Positions 8,857 through 17,258 of a stretch of 64,000 nucleotides of DNA are shown in pieces. Origin of the DNA: an uncultured Actinomycetes bacterium. GTDB lineage: Bacteria; Actinomycetota; UBA4738; HRBIN12. The notes beneath the pieces are model-generated. The model was not told where the DNA came from and did no database searches. It saw nothing but the letters and a program-made list of their open reading frames with translations. The stretch's first letter is position 1. Each line of letters opens with the position of its first letter. Position numbers and translations under genes: made by a program. The stretch covers positions 870,833 through 934,832 of the forward strand of contig CAVOIB010000002.1 in the NCBI GenBank assembly GCA_963695975.1, in the 5' to 3' direction.

Positions 8857-10059
8857 TCAGCCGACGATGAACGTGCCGTTCATCGTGGTCGGATGCACCT
8901 GGCATTCGAACCGGTACGTGCCCGCATCCAGGGCGCCCACGTCATAGGTCGTCGTGGACGGGCCGACCACGATCTCGCCGGCGAACACCGGATCGGACCC
9001 CTCCTTCTCCGGGAGGATCGCGACGTTGTGCGACGTGCCCGGATCCTGGTTGTCGAACGCGATGGTGATCGCCTCACCGGCGGGCGCCGCCAGGCAGTGC
9101 GTGTCGAACTGGACCTTGCTCGCCGTGATCGACAGTTCTGTCCCATCGGGCGTGCAGCTCATGTCATCGCTCGAGGCCATGCCGCTGGAGCTCGGGTAGC
9201 CGCCCGAACCCACCGTGACGAGGATCGGCGCTGCCCGGCCGGGGCCACCGAACCCGTACACCCCGTCGGAGAACGTGATGGTCGAGGTGCCGACGACGCC
9301 CGCTCCCGGGGCGATCGCCGAGAGGCCGCCCAGGAACCGTACCGGCGCCGGGTCGGCGTACAGGCCACCGAACCAGCGGTTCACCGCCTTGTTGAGCTGG
9401 TCGGCCGGGATGTCCTGCAGGATCTGTCCGGAGGAGATGTCGGCCATCTTCGGCCCGGTGTTCTGATAGGCGATCGTGGCCGTCGTTCCCGGCTCGATGC
9501 TCGAGGGGACGCCCTCGAGCGCAGACCCGTTCCATGTGAGCGTGAAGTCGGCCGTCGGAAGCGTGCCGGCCTGGTCGACGCCTCCTGCGGTGAACACGTG
9601 GTGCATGCCATCGAGCGCGTGCGGGTTCCCTTGGGCGTCGGGCATCCAGCAGAAGGCCGCGTACGTTCCCGGTGGTAGATCGATCGTGACGTCCGTCGAC
9701 GTCCCCGGGGAGAGCAGGCCGATCGACGGCATGTTCGCCTCGGTCGCCCACGCAGGCGGCGGACCGTGCATGCTCTTCGGGTCGTCGAGGAACGCCTGGA
9801 TGTCCTCGTCGGTCTTCCCGCCCGTGATCCCCTGGAACTCGACGAAGTGCGGCATGCCACCGATGTTCTCGATGTGAAGCGTCTGCACGCCGGCGGGGAT
9901 CGTATCCGGCATCAAGAAGTCGAACTCCGTCAGCTGGATCGTGATGGCCTCCGATCCCGTCGTCGACGATGAAGACTCGGTCGTGCTCGGGGTCGTGGTG
10001 TTCGAACATGCGGCCAGCAGCAAGGTGATCCCCGCCGCGGAGATGAGCATCCGTCTCAT
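8857..10059 (-). CDS. Multi-domain cupredoxin-like lipoprotein (blue-copper type ligand sets)
   Basis: This is the real gene inside ORF 8857..11025. It starts at ATG 10059 (MRRMLISAAGITLLLAAC, lipobox LAAC). The C-terminal domain has the canonical type-1 Cu pattern SHNVAI ... FECQVHPTTMNG (H..C-x2-H-x3-M). The N-terminal domain has HFVEF ... FCWMPDAQGNPHALDGM. Confidence 0.8.
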   Translation of the reverse strand: MRRMLISAAGITLLLAACSNTTTPSTTESSSSTTGSEAITIQLTEFDFLMPDTIPAGVQTLHIENIGGMPHFVEFQGITGGKTDEDIQAFLDDPKSMHGPPPAWATEANMPSIGLLSPGTSTDVTIDLPPGTYAAFCWMPDAQGNPHALDGMHHVFTAGGVDQAGTLPTADFTLTWNGSALEGVPSSIEPGTTATIAYQNTGPKMADISSGQILQDIPADQLNKAVNRWFGGLYADPAPVRFLGGLSAIAPGAGVVGTSTITFSDGVYGFGGPGRAAPILVTVGSGGYPSSSGMASSDDMSCTPDGTELSITASKVQFDTHCLAAPAGEAITIAFDNQDPGTSHNVAILPEKEGSDPVFAGEIVVGPSTTTYDVGALDAGTYRFECQVHPTTMNGTFIVG

Positions 10060-10215
10060 GCCTGTTCCCCTCTGTCGCTGATCGGTCGAGTGCGACGAGA
10101 GAGAGTAACGGGCCGGAGCTCGACCCGGAGGGAACCCGGGCGCTGCCGGGCTCACGAGACAAACGGAGCGTCCGTGCGTCATCATGCGGCCTGGATCCGG
10201 GGAGGAGCCGTTCAG

Positions 10216-12732
10216 ATGAGTGATCTGCCGAAGGAAGCCAACCTCGTCGTCATCGGCGCCGGCATCGTGGGGAACAGCATCGCCTATCAACTGGCCCTGC
10301 ATGGATGGAAGGGCATCGTGCTGCTCGACAAGGGCCCGCTCCCGAACCCGGGTGGTTCCACGGGACACGCCTCCAACTTCATCTTCCTGGTGGACCATTC
10401 GAAGGAGATGACGGACTTCACCCTGGACAGCGTCCGGCAGTACCAGGAGCTGGGGGTGTTCACGCAGAGCGGGGGCATCGAGGTCGCGCGCACACCCGAG
10501 CGGATGGAGGAGCTCAAACGACGGATGGCGTCCAGTCGCGCGTGGGGCATCGAGTCCGAGCTCCTCACCCCCGCCGAGGTCAAGAAGCTGGTGCCCTACG
10601 TCGAGGAGAGCGTGATCCTCGGTGGCTTCTCCACACCCGGCGTCGGTGTGGTCGACTCCCTGCGGGCCGGCACGCTGATGCGCGAGAAGGCGCAGGAGCT
10701 CGGTGCCCTCACCATCTCGGCGGTCACGGAGATCACGGGGGTCGACGTCGAGGATGGCCGCGTGCGCGGCGTCCGGACCGAGAGCGGCGACATCAAGGCG
10801 GATCGGGTCGTGGTGTGCTGCGGCATCTGGAGCCCTCGCATCGCGCGCATGGCCGGCGCATCGATCCCGCTCACGCCGGCGGTGCACCAGATGATCAGCG
10901 TCGGACCTGTCCCGATGTTCGCCGACACGGTCGGCGAGATCACGTACCCGATCGTCCGCGACATGGACACGAACATGTACGAGCGACAGCACGGGGGAGA
11001 CCTGGAGGTGGGGTCGTACGCGCACCGGACGATCCTGATGGATCCCGACGACATCCCGTCGATCGAGGAGTCGGCCATGTCACCGACCGAGCTCCCGTTC
11101 ACGCAGGACGACTTCGACCCGCAGATGGAGCACGCCCTCGAGCTGGTCCCGGACATCTTGGGCGACGAGCGCGTGGGCGTCCGGTACGCGATCAACGGAC
11201 TGCTGTCGCTCACCCCCGATGGCGCGCCGATCATCGGCGAGACCCCCGAGGTCGGCGGACTCTGGTCGGCCGCCGCGATCTGGATCAAGGAGGCGCCCGG
11301 GATCGCGAAGACGGTCGCCGAGTGGATGACCGACGGCAAGCCCGAGATCGATCCGCACGGGTCCGACATCGCGCGGTTCTACCCGCACCAGCGGACGACG
11401 GCCCATATCGCGGCCCGCACGACGGAGGGGTTCAACAAGACCTACGGCATCGTGCATCCCATGGAGCAGTGGCTGTCGAACCGCGACGTTCGGCTGAGCC
11501 CGTTCAACGGGCGCGAGCGCGACCTGGAGGCCGTGTTCTTCGAGGCCGTGGGCTGGGAGCGACCGTACTGGTACGGCGCCAACGCGTCGTTGCTGGATGA
11601 GTACGGCGACCGCGTGATGCCACGTGAGGCCGAGTGGGAGGCGCGTTGGTGGTCGCCGATCGTCAACGCCGAGCATCTGGCGATGCGCGATCGGGTCGGC
11701 ATCGTCGACCTGTCTGCGTTCGTCGTGCTCGACGTGACGGGACCGGGCGCGCTCGACGCGGTGCAGGGTCTCGCCGTCGCGCAGATGGACGTGCCCGTCG
11801 GTCGGGTCGTGTACACGCCGTTCCTGAACGAGGCAGGCGGCATCAAGGCGGACCTCACGATCATGCGCCTGGGGACGAACGAGTTCCGGATCGTCACGGG
11901 CGGTCACGGCGGCATGGTCGATCGCAAGTGGATCGTCGATCACCTGCCTGCCGATGGCTCGGCGCAGCTGTTCGACGCCACCTCGGCCTGGTGCACCGTG
12001 GGGGTCTGGGGCCCGCGCGCCCGTGACGTGGTCGCGTCGGTGACCGAGGACGACGTCTCGAACGAAGGGTTCGGGTTCGCCAGATGCCGGCCCATCACGA
12101 TCGGGCCGGTGCGGGCGCTGGCTTCGCGCATCTCCTACGTGGGAGAGCTGGGATGGGAGATCTACGTCCCGATGGAGCAGGGCGCGCGGGTGTGGGACCT
12201 CCTGTGGGAGGCCGGGCAGCCTCACGGCATGGTGCCGGTCGGGATCGGCGCGTACGCGGTGACCGGGCGCCTGGAGAAGGGGTACCGCGCGCACGGGAAC
12301 GAGCTCGATCTCGAGCACGACCTCGTCCAGGCGGGCATGGCGCGCGCGACCGTGAAGGACGATGAGTTCGTCGGGCGCGACGCCTATCTCAAGCAGCGGA
12401 CGGAGGATCCGGTGCGCGTGCTCTGCACGCTGACCGTTGACGATCCCACCTCGTCGTCCGGGATCAAGCGATACATGATGGGCCGCGAGCCGATCCTCAC
12501 CCGAGACGGAGAGCCACTCGTCGACGCCACGGGAACGCGCTCGTTCGTCACGAGCGCGGGATCGGGTCCGTCGGTCGGCAAGCATCTGTTGATGAGCTAT
12601 CTCCCTCCCGAGCACACTCGGGTCGGCGAAGAGCTGGCCGTCGAGTACTTCGGCGAGCGCTACCCGGTGACGGTCGCGGTCGCCGGCGCGACGCCGTTGT
12701 TCGATCCCGAGAACACCCGGATGAAGGGCTGA
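10216..12732 (+). CDS. Dimethylglycine/sarcosine oxidase-dehydrogenase family flavoprotein fused to a GcvT-like folate-binding domain
   Basis: Starts at ATG 10216 after GGGGAGGAG (ORF 10090..12732). Dinucleotide fold: NLVVIGAGIVGNSIAYQL. There is a His in the context GGSTGHASNF. The C-terminal half is aminomethyltransferase-like (AEHLAMRDRVGIVDLSAF, RISYVGELGWEIY). Confidence 0.85.
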   Translation: MSDLPKEANLVVIGAGIVGNSIAYQLALHGWKGIVLLDKGPLPNPGGSTGHASNFIFLVDHSKEMTDFTLDSVRQYQELGVFTQSGGIEVARTPERMEELKRRMASSRAWGIESELLTPAEVKKLVPYVEESVILGGFSTPGVGVVDSLRAGTLMREKAQELGALTISAVTEITGVDVEDGRVRGVRTESGDIKADRVVVCCGIWSPRIARMAGASIPLTPAVHQMISVGPVPMFADTVGEITYPIVRDMDTNMYERQHGGDLEVGSYAHRTILMDPDDIPSIEESAMSPTELPFTQDDFDPQMEHALELVPDILGDERVGVRYAINGLLSLTPDGAPIIGETPEVGGLWSAAAIWIKEAPGIAKTVAEWMTDGKPEIDPHGSDIARFYPHQRTTAHIAARTTEGFNKTYGIVHPMEQWLSNRDVRLSPFNGRERDLEAVFFEAVGWERPYWYGANASLLDEYGDRVMPREAEWEARWWSPIVNAEHLAMRDRVGIVDLSAFVVLDVTGPGALDAVQGLAVAQMDVPVGRVVYTPFLNEAGGIKADLTIMRLGTNEFRIVTGGHGGMVDRKWIVDHLPADGSAQLFDATSAWCTVGVWGPRARDVVASVTEDDVSNEGFGFARCRPITIGPVRALASRISYVGELGWEIYVPMEQGARVWDLLWEAGQPHGMVPVGIGAYAVTGRLEKGYRAHGNELDLEHDLVQAGMARATVKDDEFVGRDAYLKQRTEDPVRVLCTLTVDDPTSSSGIKRYMMGREPILTRDGEPLVDATGTRSFVTSAGSGPSVGKHLLMSYLPPEHTRVGEELAVEYFGERYPVTVAVAGATPLFDPENTRMKG

Positions 12733-12737
12733 GCTCG

Positions 12738-13511
12738 GTGGAGGTGCTGGTCTGCGTCAAGCGTGTCCCCGCGACCGGCGGCCGGATCACGCTCACCGAG
12801 GACCAGCAGGGTATCGACACCAAGTTCCTGGGGTTCACGGTCAGTCCACACGAAGAATGCGCGGTGGAAGAGGCGGTGCGGCTCGTCGAGGCCCACGGTG
12901 GCAGCTCGACCGTCCTGACGCTGGGGCCGGAGGTCGCCGCCGAGCAGCTCCGGAGCGCGGTCGCCGTCGGCGTCGACCGGGCGATCCTGCTCGACGTCGG
13001 AGACGACGAATGGGACCCGATGGCGACGGCCGCCGCGATCGTGGACGTGGTCCGCGCCGATCAAGAGGCGGGCCGCGGATCCGACGTCCTGCTCTTCGGG
13101 AACGAGTCGGCCGACACCGGCGGCTACCAGGTGGGTATCCGCGTGGCGCACGCCCTCGGCCTGCCGTGCGTGACCGGCATCAAGGGGCTCTCGGTGGTGG
13201 ACGGCAGAGCGACGGCCCGGCGTGAGAGCGCCGCCGGCGGGTGGGAGATCTTCGAGATCGACCTGCCGGCCGTCTTCACCGTGAAGGAAGGGATCAATCT
13301 GCCCCGCTACCCGTCGGTGCCCGGACGCCTGCGCGCCAAGAAGAAGGACATCGAGGTGATCGAGCCCGCGCCGCGCCCCGGTGGGCTCGAGCGGATCAAG
13401 CTGAAGCTGCCGCCTGAGCAGGCAGGCGAGGTCGAGATCCTGGGGGAGGGACCCGACGCCGCATCGGCCGTGGTCGATGTCCTCCAGCAGCTCGGGGTGA
13501 TGGCGCGATGA
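12738..13511 (+). CDS. etfB: Electron transfer flavoprotein, beta subunit
   Basis: GTG start 5 nt after the upstream stop. The N-terminus MEVLVCVKRVP.. is typical of ETF-beta, and the length is 257 aa. Confidence 0.9.
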   Translation: MEVLVCVKRVPATGGRITLTEDQQGIDTKFLGFTVSPHEECAVEEAVRLVEAHGGSSTVLTLGPEVAAEQLRSAVAVGVDRAILLDVGDDEWDPMATAAAIVDVVRADQEAGRGSDVLLFGNESADTGGYQVGIRVAHALGLPCVTGIKGLSVVDGRATARRESAAGGWEIFEIDLPAVFTVKEGINLPRYPSVPGRLRAKKKDIEVIEPAPRPGGLERIKLKLPPEQAGEVEILGEGPDAASAVVDVLQQLGVMAR

Positions 13512-14473
13512 TCCTGGCGTGGGTCGACCACGTGGACGGCATACCCGACGCGTTGTCGCTCGAGGCGCTCACGTTCGCACGCGGTCTGGCCGACGCGTCC
13601 GGGGTGCCGCTGGAGGCCGTCGCGGTCGGGGCCGACGCGATGGCCGACCGGCTGGGCGCCTTCGGCGTGCGCACGGTGCACGTGGTCCGGGACGAGCGCC
13701 TCGCGGACTTCGCACCGGTCGCATGGGCCCGGGGCGTGGTCGCCGCGATGGCCGCCTCGGCGGCGCAGGCGATCGTGGCTCCCGGGAGCGATCGCGGCAA
13801 CGAGGTCATGGCGCACGTCGCCGCCATGACGGAGCTGGCGTTGGCGGCGAACTGCACCGAGGTCGAGCCGGGAGACACCTACGTCGTGACGCGGCTCCGC
13901 TGGGGAGGAAGCCTCCTGGAGGAGGCGCGCCTGTCCGGGACCGTGAAGCTCTTGACGGTCGCGCCCCACGCGCTCCCGCCCGAGGAGGCACCGGCATCCT
14001 CACCGCCGGACGTGAACGAGGTGATACCCACGCTCTCCGAGGCTGACCTGCGGGTCCGTGTCACCGGTCGTGAAGCGCCCGAGGGCGGGCGCATCTCACT
14101 CGCGGACGCCCGCGTCGTGGTCGGCGGCGGTCGCGGTGTCGGCAGCGCAGAGGGATTCCGCAACCTCGACGAGCTCGCCGCGCTCCTCGGCGGCGCGGTC
14201 GGCGTCTCACGGGCCGTGACCAGCCTCGGCTGGCGTCCGCACGCGGAGCAGATCGGCCAGACGGGTATGCGGATCGCGCCCGATCTGTACATCGCGTGCG
14301 GCATCAGTGGCGCGATCCAGCACATCGTCGGCTGCAAGGCGGCGAAGAAGATCCTGGCGATCAATACGGATCGGGAGGCGCCGATCCTCGCCCATGCCGA
14401 CTACGCCGTCGTCGGCGACCTGCACAAGGTGGTGCCCGCGGTGGCGGAGGAGATCAGACGCCGGCGAGGGTAG
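13508..14473 (+). CDS. etfA: Electron transfer flavoprotein, alpha subunit
   Basis: ATGA overlap with etfB. The C-terminal FAD-binding signature is PDLYIACGISGAIQHIVGCKAAKKILAINTDREAPILAHADYAVVGDL. Confidence 0.9.
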   Translation: MILAWVDHVDGIPDALSLEALTFARGLADASGVPLEAVAVGADAMADRLGAFGVRTVHVVRDERLADFAPVAWARGVVAAMAASAAQAIVAPGSDRGNEVMAHVAAMTELALAANCTEVEPGDTYVVTRLRWGGSLLEEARLSGTVKLLTVAPHALPPEEAPASSPPDVNEVIPTLSEADLRVRVTGREAPEGGRISLADARVVVGGGRGVGSAEGFRNLDELAALLGGAVGVSRAVTSLGWRPHAEQIGQTGMRIAPDLYIACGISGAIQHIVGCKAAKKILAINTDREAPILAHADYAVVGDLHKVVPAVAEEIRRRRG

Positions 14474-14480
14474 GGCTCGG

Positions 14481-16448
14481 CTAGAGCGAGCTCGCCACGA
14501 CGAGCCCTTCGAGCACGGCCTCCTCGACGGTTCGGGGGGCGAGGCAGTCACCGACGAGATGCGTCTCGAAGGAGGAGCCGGCGAGGGCGGTCGCGAGTTC
14601 GTCGACCGGAAGATGTCCTTGCGAGAGCACGAGCGCCGAGGCGTCCTCGATGGTCACGGGCTCCTCGGTCAGGACGTGCTGGAAGAACACCGTGTCGGCA
14701 TCCGCTCCGTACGGACGCACCAGCGGGACGATCTCCACGCCGAGCCGCAGCGCCTCGGCGATCATCGCGTCGCGCACGTACTGCTGGATCCGCTGCCCGG
14801 CGTGATACCCGCTGACGCCGAGCGTGACGCGGTTCCCCTTCTGCGCGAGCGCGATGGCGACGCCCAGGCCGATCCAGTCGCAGCGCCAGTCGGCCACCAC
14901 CACGCGGCCGCTCGGAACGTCGGCTCCCTGCAGCACGTCCCAGGCCGTGAGCACGATGAGTGGATCGATCAGCTGGAGCGTGGGCACGCGGGGGCGCGCG
15001 CCCGTGGCCACCACGACCGCGTCGGGGTCGAGCTCACCGAGGAGCGAGATGTCGACCCGCGTGTTCAGCAGGATCTTCACTCCGGCCCGCTCGGCCTCCC
15101 GCTGGAGGTTGGTGATCGCGCCGCCGAACTCGGCCCGCCCGGGGAGCTCCTGCGCGAGCAGCACCTGGCCGCCGAGACGGTCAGCGGCCTCGACGAGCGT
15201 GACGCGATGCCCGCGCTCGGCGGCGACGGCCGCCGCCTTCAGGCCGCCTGGCCCCCCACCCGCCACGACGACATCCTTCACGCGCTTCGTGGGCAGCCGG
15301 ACGCCGTACGCGCGCTCGCGGCCGGACTCCGGGTACTGGATGCACGAGATGGGATAGCCGGCATGGAAGTGGCCGATGCAGGCCTGGTTGCAGCCGATGC
15401 ACGCGCGGATGTCGTCGAGCTCGCCGGCGAGCGCTTTCGCCGGCAGCAGCGGGTCGCAGATCAGGGCCCGGGTCATGACGGTCGCATCGGCCTCGCCCAG
15501 GGCCAGGATCCGCTCGGCGTCCTGCGGCTGGTTGATGCGACCGGCCACCATCACCGGCACCGACACCGCCTCCTTCACCCGCGCGGAGAGCGGGGCGGTG
15601 TAGCCGTTGGGGATCGTCATGGGCGGCACGATGTGGTCCGATCCGGCGAGGGTGGCCGACGTGCCGGCGACCACCGACACGTAGTCGATCAGCCCGTCAC
15701 GGTCGAGCGCCGCGACCCCGTCGATCGACTCCTGGGGCGTCAGCCCGTCGGGGGATCGCTCGCCGATCGAGACGCGCAGCCCGACCGCGAGATCAGGGCC
15801 CGCCCCCTCACGCACCGCGGAGAGCACCTCGCGCAGGAACCGCAGGCGGTTCTCGGTCGTTCCACCGTACTCGTCGGTGCGCAGGTTGATCCGGGGGTTC
15901 AGGAATAGCGCTGGCAGATACCCGTGCGAGGCCACCACCTCGACCCCGTCGAACCCGGAACGGCGCACGCGGTCGGCGGAGGTGCCGTAGCAGGCGATCA
16001 TCTCGCGCACCAGCTCGATGGGCATGGCGCGCGGCATCACGTGGAAGCGCTCGTTGGGAACGGCCGACGGCGCGAGCGCCACCGGGAGTGAGCCGTCGTC
16101 GGATTCCATCAGCTCGCGCCCGTCGTGGAACAGCTGCTGGAAGATCGTCGCGCCGTGCGAGTGCACGACCTCGGCCAGGCGCGCCAACCCGGGGATGCAC
16201 GAGTCGTCGTCGGCCATCAGCACCGTGCTCGTGTAGCGGGCGGACCCGTGAACCCCCGCGACCTGCACGACGATGAGACCGACCCCGCCTTGGGCCCGCG
16301 CCTCCTGGTAGGCGACGAGCCGGTCGGACACGCGCCCGTCGGTGGCCATCACGGTGTCATGCCCGGAGGACACGATGCGGTTGCGTATGGTCACCGGACC
16401 GATCGTCAGGGGGGCGAACAGGTGCGGAAGTGCTGCTGCGTCCGTCAT
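14481..16448 (-). CDS. OYE-like FMN / 4Fe-4S / FAD-NAD(P) flavoprotein (2,4-dienoyl-CoA reductase / DgcA / amine dehydrogenase family)
   Basis: From ORF 14481..16478. ATG at 16448 is preferred because GGAGAGG lies upstream. OYE N-terminus: LFAPLTIGPVTIRNRIVSSGH. Cys cluster: CIGCNQACIGH. Second Rossmann fold: VVVAGGGPGGLKAAAVAAERGHRVTLVE. Confidence 0.85.
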   Translation of the reverse strand: MTDAAALPHLFAPLTIGPVTIRNRIVSSGHDTVMATDGRVSDRLVAYQEARAQGGVGLIVVQVAGVHGSARYTSTVLMADDDSCIPGLARLAEVVHSHGATIFQQLFHDGRELMESDDGSLPVALAPSAVPNERFHVMPRAMPIELVREMIACYGTSADRVRRSGFDGVEVVASHGYLPALFLNPRINLRTDEYGGTTENRLRFLREVLSAVREGAGPDLAVGLRVSIGERSPDGLTPQESIDGVAALDRDGLIDYVSVVAGTSATLAGSDHIVPPMTIPNGYTAPLSARVKEAVSVPVMVAGRINQPQDAERILALGEADATVMTRALICDPLLPAKALAGELDDIRACIGCNQACIGHFHAGYPISCIQYPESGRERAYGVRLPTKRVKDVVVAGGGPGGLKAAAVAAERGHRVTLVEAADRLGGQVLLAQELPGRAEFGGAITNLQREAERAGVKILLNTRVDISLLGELDPDAVVVATGARPRVPTLQLIDPLIVLTAWDVLQGADVPSGRVVVADWRCDWIGLGVAIALAQKGNRVTLGVSGYHAGQRIQQYVRDAMIAEALRLGVEIVPLVRPYGADADTVFFQHVLTEEPVTIEDASALVLSQGHLPVDELATALAGSSFETHLVGDCLAPRTVEEAVLEGLVVASSL

Positions 16449-16561
16449 CGCCTCTCCGCTCCCGTGGCCAAGGGTCACAAGGGTAGCTCCGCACGCTACG
16501 CTGTGTCGGCGACCTCGTTCGAGATCGTGCCCCTCCGACGGAAGATATCGATCAGCTGTCG

Positions 16562-17227
16562 ATGGACTGCGAACGCATCGTCTCGGGTTTCCTGGGTCAG
16601 CCGGCGAACGCCGTGTCGAGCTTGGCGTTCCTGGTCTCCGCCGTGTGGATCCTCACCCTCGCGTTCCGAGGGAGGCGGACGAACCGCGCCTCCTTGCTCG
16701 TGCTCGCGCTGGCCGTCGTCGCGAACGCCGTCGGGAGCTTCGCGCGTCACGGTCCCGATCCGTCCTGGGCGCAGTTCGCGCATGACGCCGCCATCGTGGC
16801 CGTCCTGCTCTTCGTCGCGGTCCATGCGCTCGCACGCACCCGAGGATGGCGTCCCGGGGCAGAGATCGGGGCGTACACAGCCGGCATGATCGTGGTCGGC
16901 CTTGGCTTGGCCGTGATCCACGGTGCGTCCGATCCGTTCGCCGGCACCCTGGCCGCGGGCGCGATCGTCGGAGAGGTCGCGTCGTTCTCCGATGAACGTC
17001 GACCCCCCTCCGCTGTTCCTCGGAGGGCGGTCGCTCGCGGGGTGGGACTCGCCGCCATCGCGCTCGGCGGCGTCGCCTTCCTGCTGGGCCGGACCGGTTC
17101 GCCGCTCTGCAACCCCGCGAGCCTGTTCCAGTGGCACGCGCTCTGGCACGTGCTGGTCGCGATCGCTCTCGTCGCATACGCGTACGTGATCTTCGACAGG
17201 GCTGAGGTCTCCGCCGAGACCGCTTGA
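16562..17227 (+). CDS. Polytopic membrane protein, alkaline-ceramidase-like (CREST superfamily) candidate hydrolase
   Basis: 221-aa ORF with about 7 hydrophobic spans. The N-terminal CE......QP.N..S pattern is MDCERIVSGFLGQPANAVSS. There is an internal HD (FAHDAAIV) and a C-terminal H-x3-H (WHALWHVLVAIAL), resembling the ceramidase-family Zn ligands. The family call is an inference. Confidence 0.55.
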   Translation: MDCERIVSGFLGQPANAVSSLAFLVSAVWILTLAFRGRRTNRASLLVLALAVVANAVGSFARHGPDPSWAQFAHDAAIVAVLLFVAVHALARTRGWRPGAEIGAYTAGMIVVGLGLAVIHGASDPFAGTLAAGAIVGEVASFSDERRPPSAVPRRAVARGVGLAAIALGGVAFLLGRTGSPLCNPASLFQWHALWHVLVAIALVAYAYVIFDRAEVSAETA

Positions 17228-17258
17228 CCCCGCGCCTCGCAACGCGTCCACTGAGGCC

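Noticed and set aside
10060-10215. Possible glycine riboswitch upstream of the GcvT-domain gene, and a possible Moco riboswitch upstream of moeA (57376-57421)
   Set aside because: I could not find the conserved glycine-riboswitch cores (ACCGAAGGGGCAA-type segments) in the 156-nt region. The gap before moeA is only 46 nt. An Infernal/Rfam scan would settle this, but nothing is visible by eye.
10060-11025. N-terminal extension of ORF 8857..11025, which would give a 722-aa protein
   Set aside because: The extension is antisense to the dimethylglycine-oxidase-like gene and compositionally aberrant. A lipoprotein signal peptide with a lipobox begins at the ATG at 10059.
14307-15908. 533-aa plus-strand ORF
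   Set aside because: It is antisense to the OYE/Fe-S flavoprotein gene, which has unmistakable motifs. Its own translation is Arg/Asp/Gly/His-rich with no recognisable domain.
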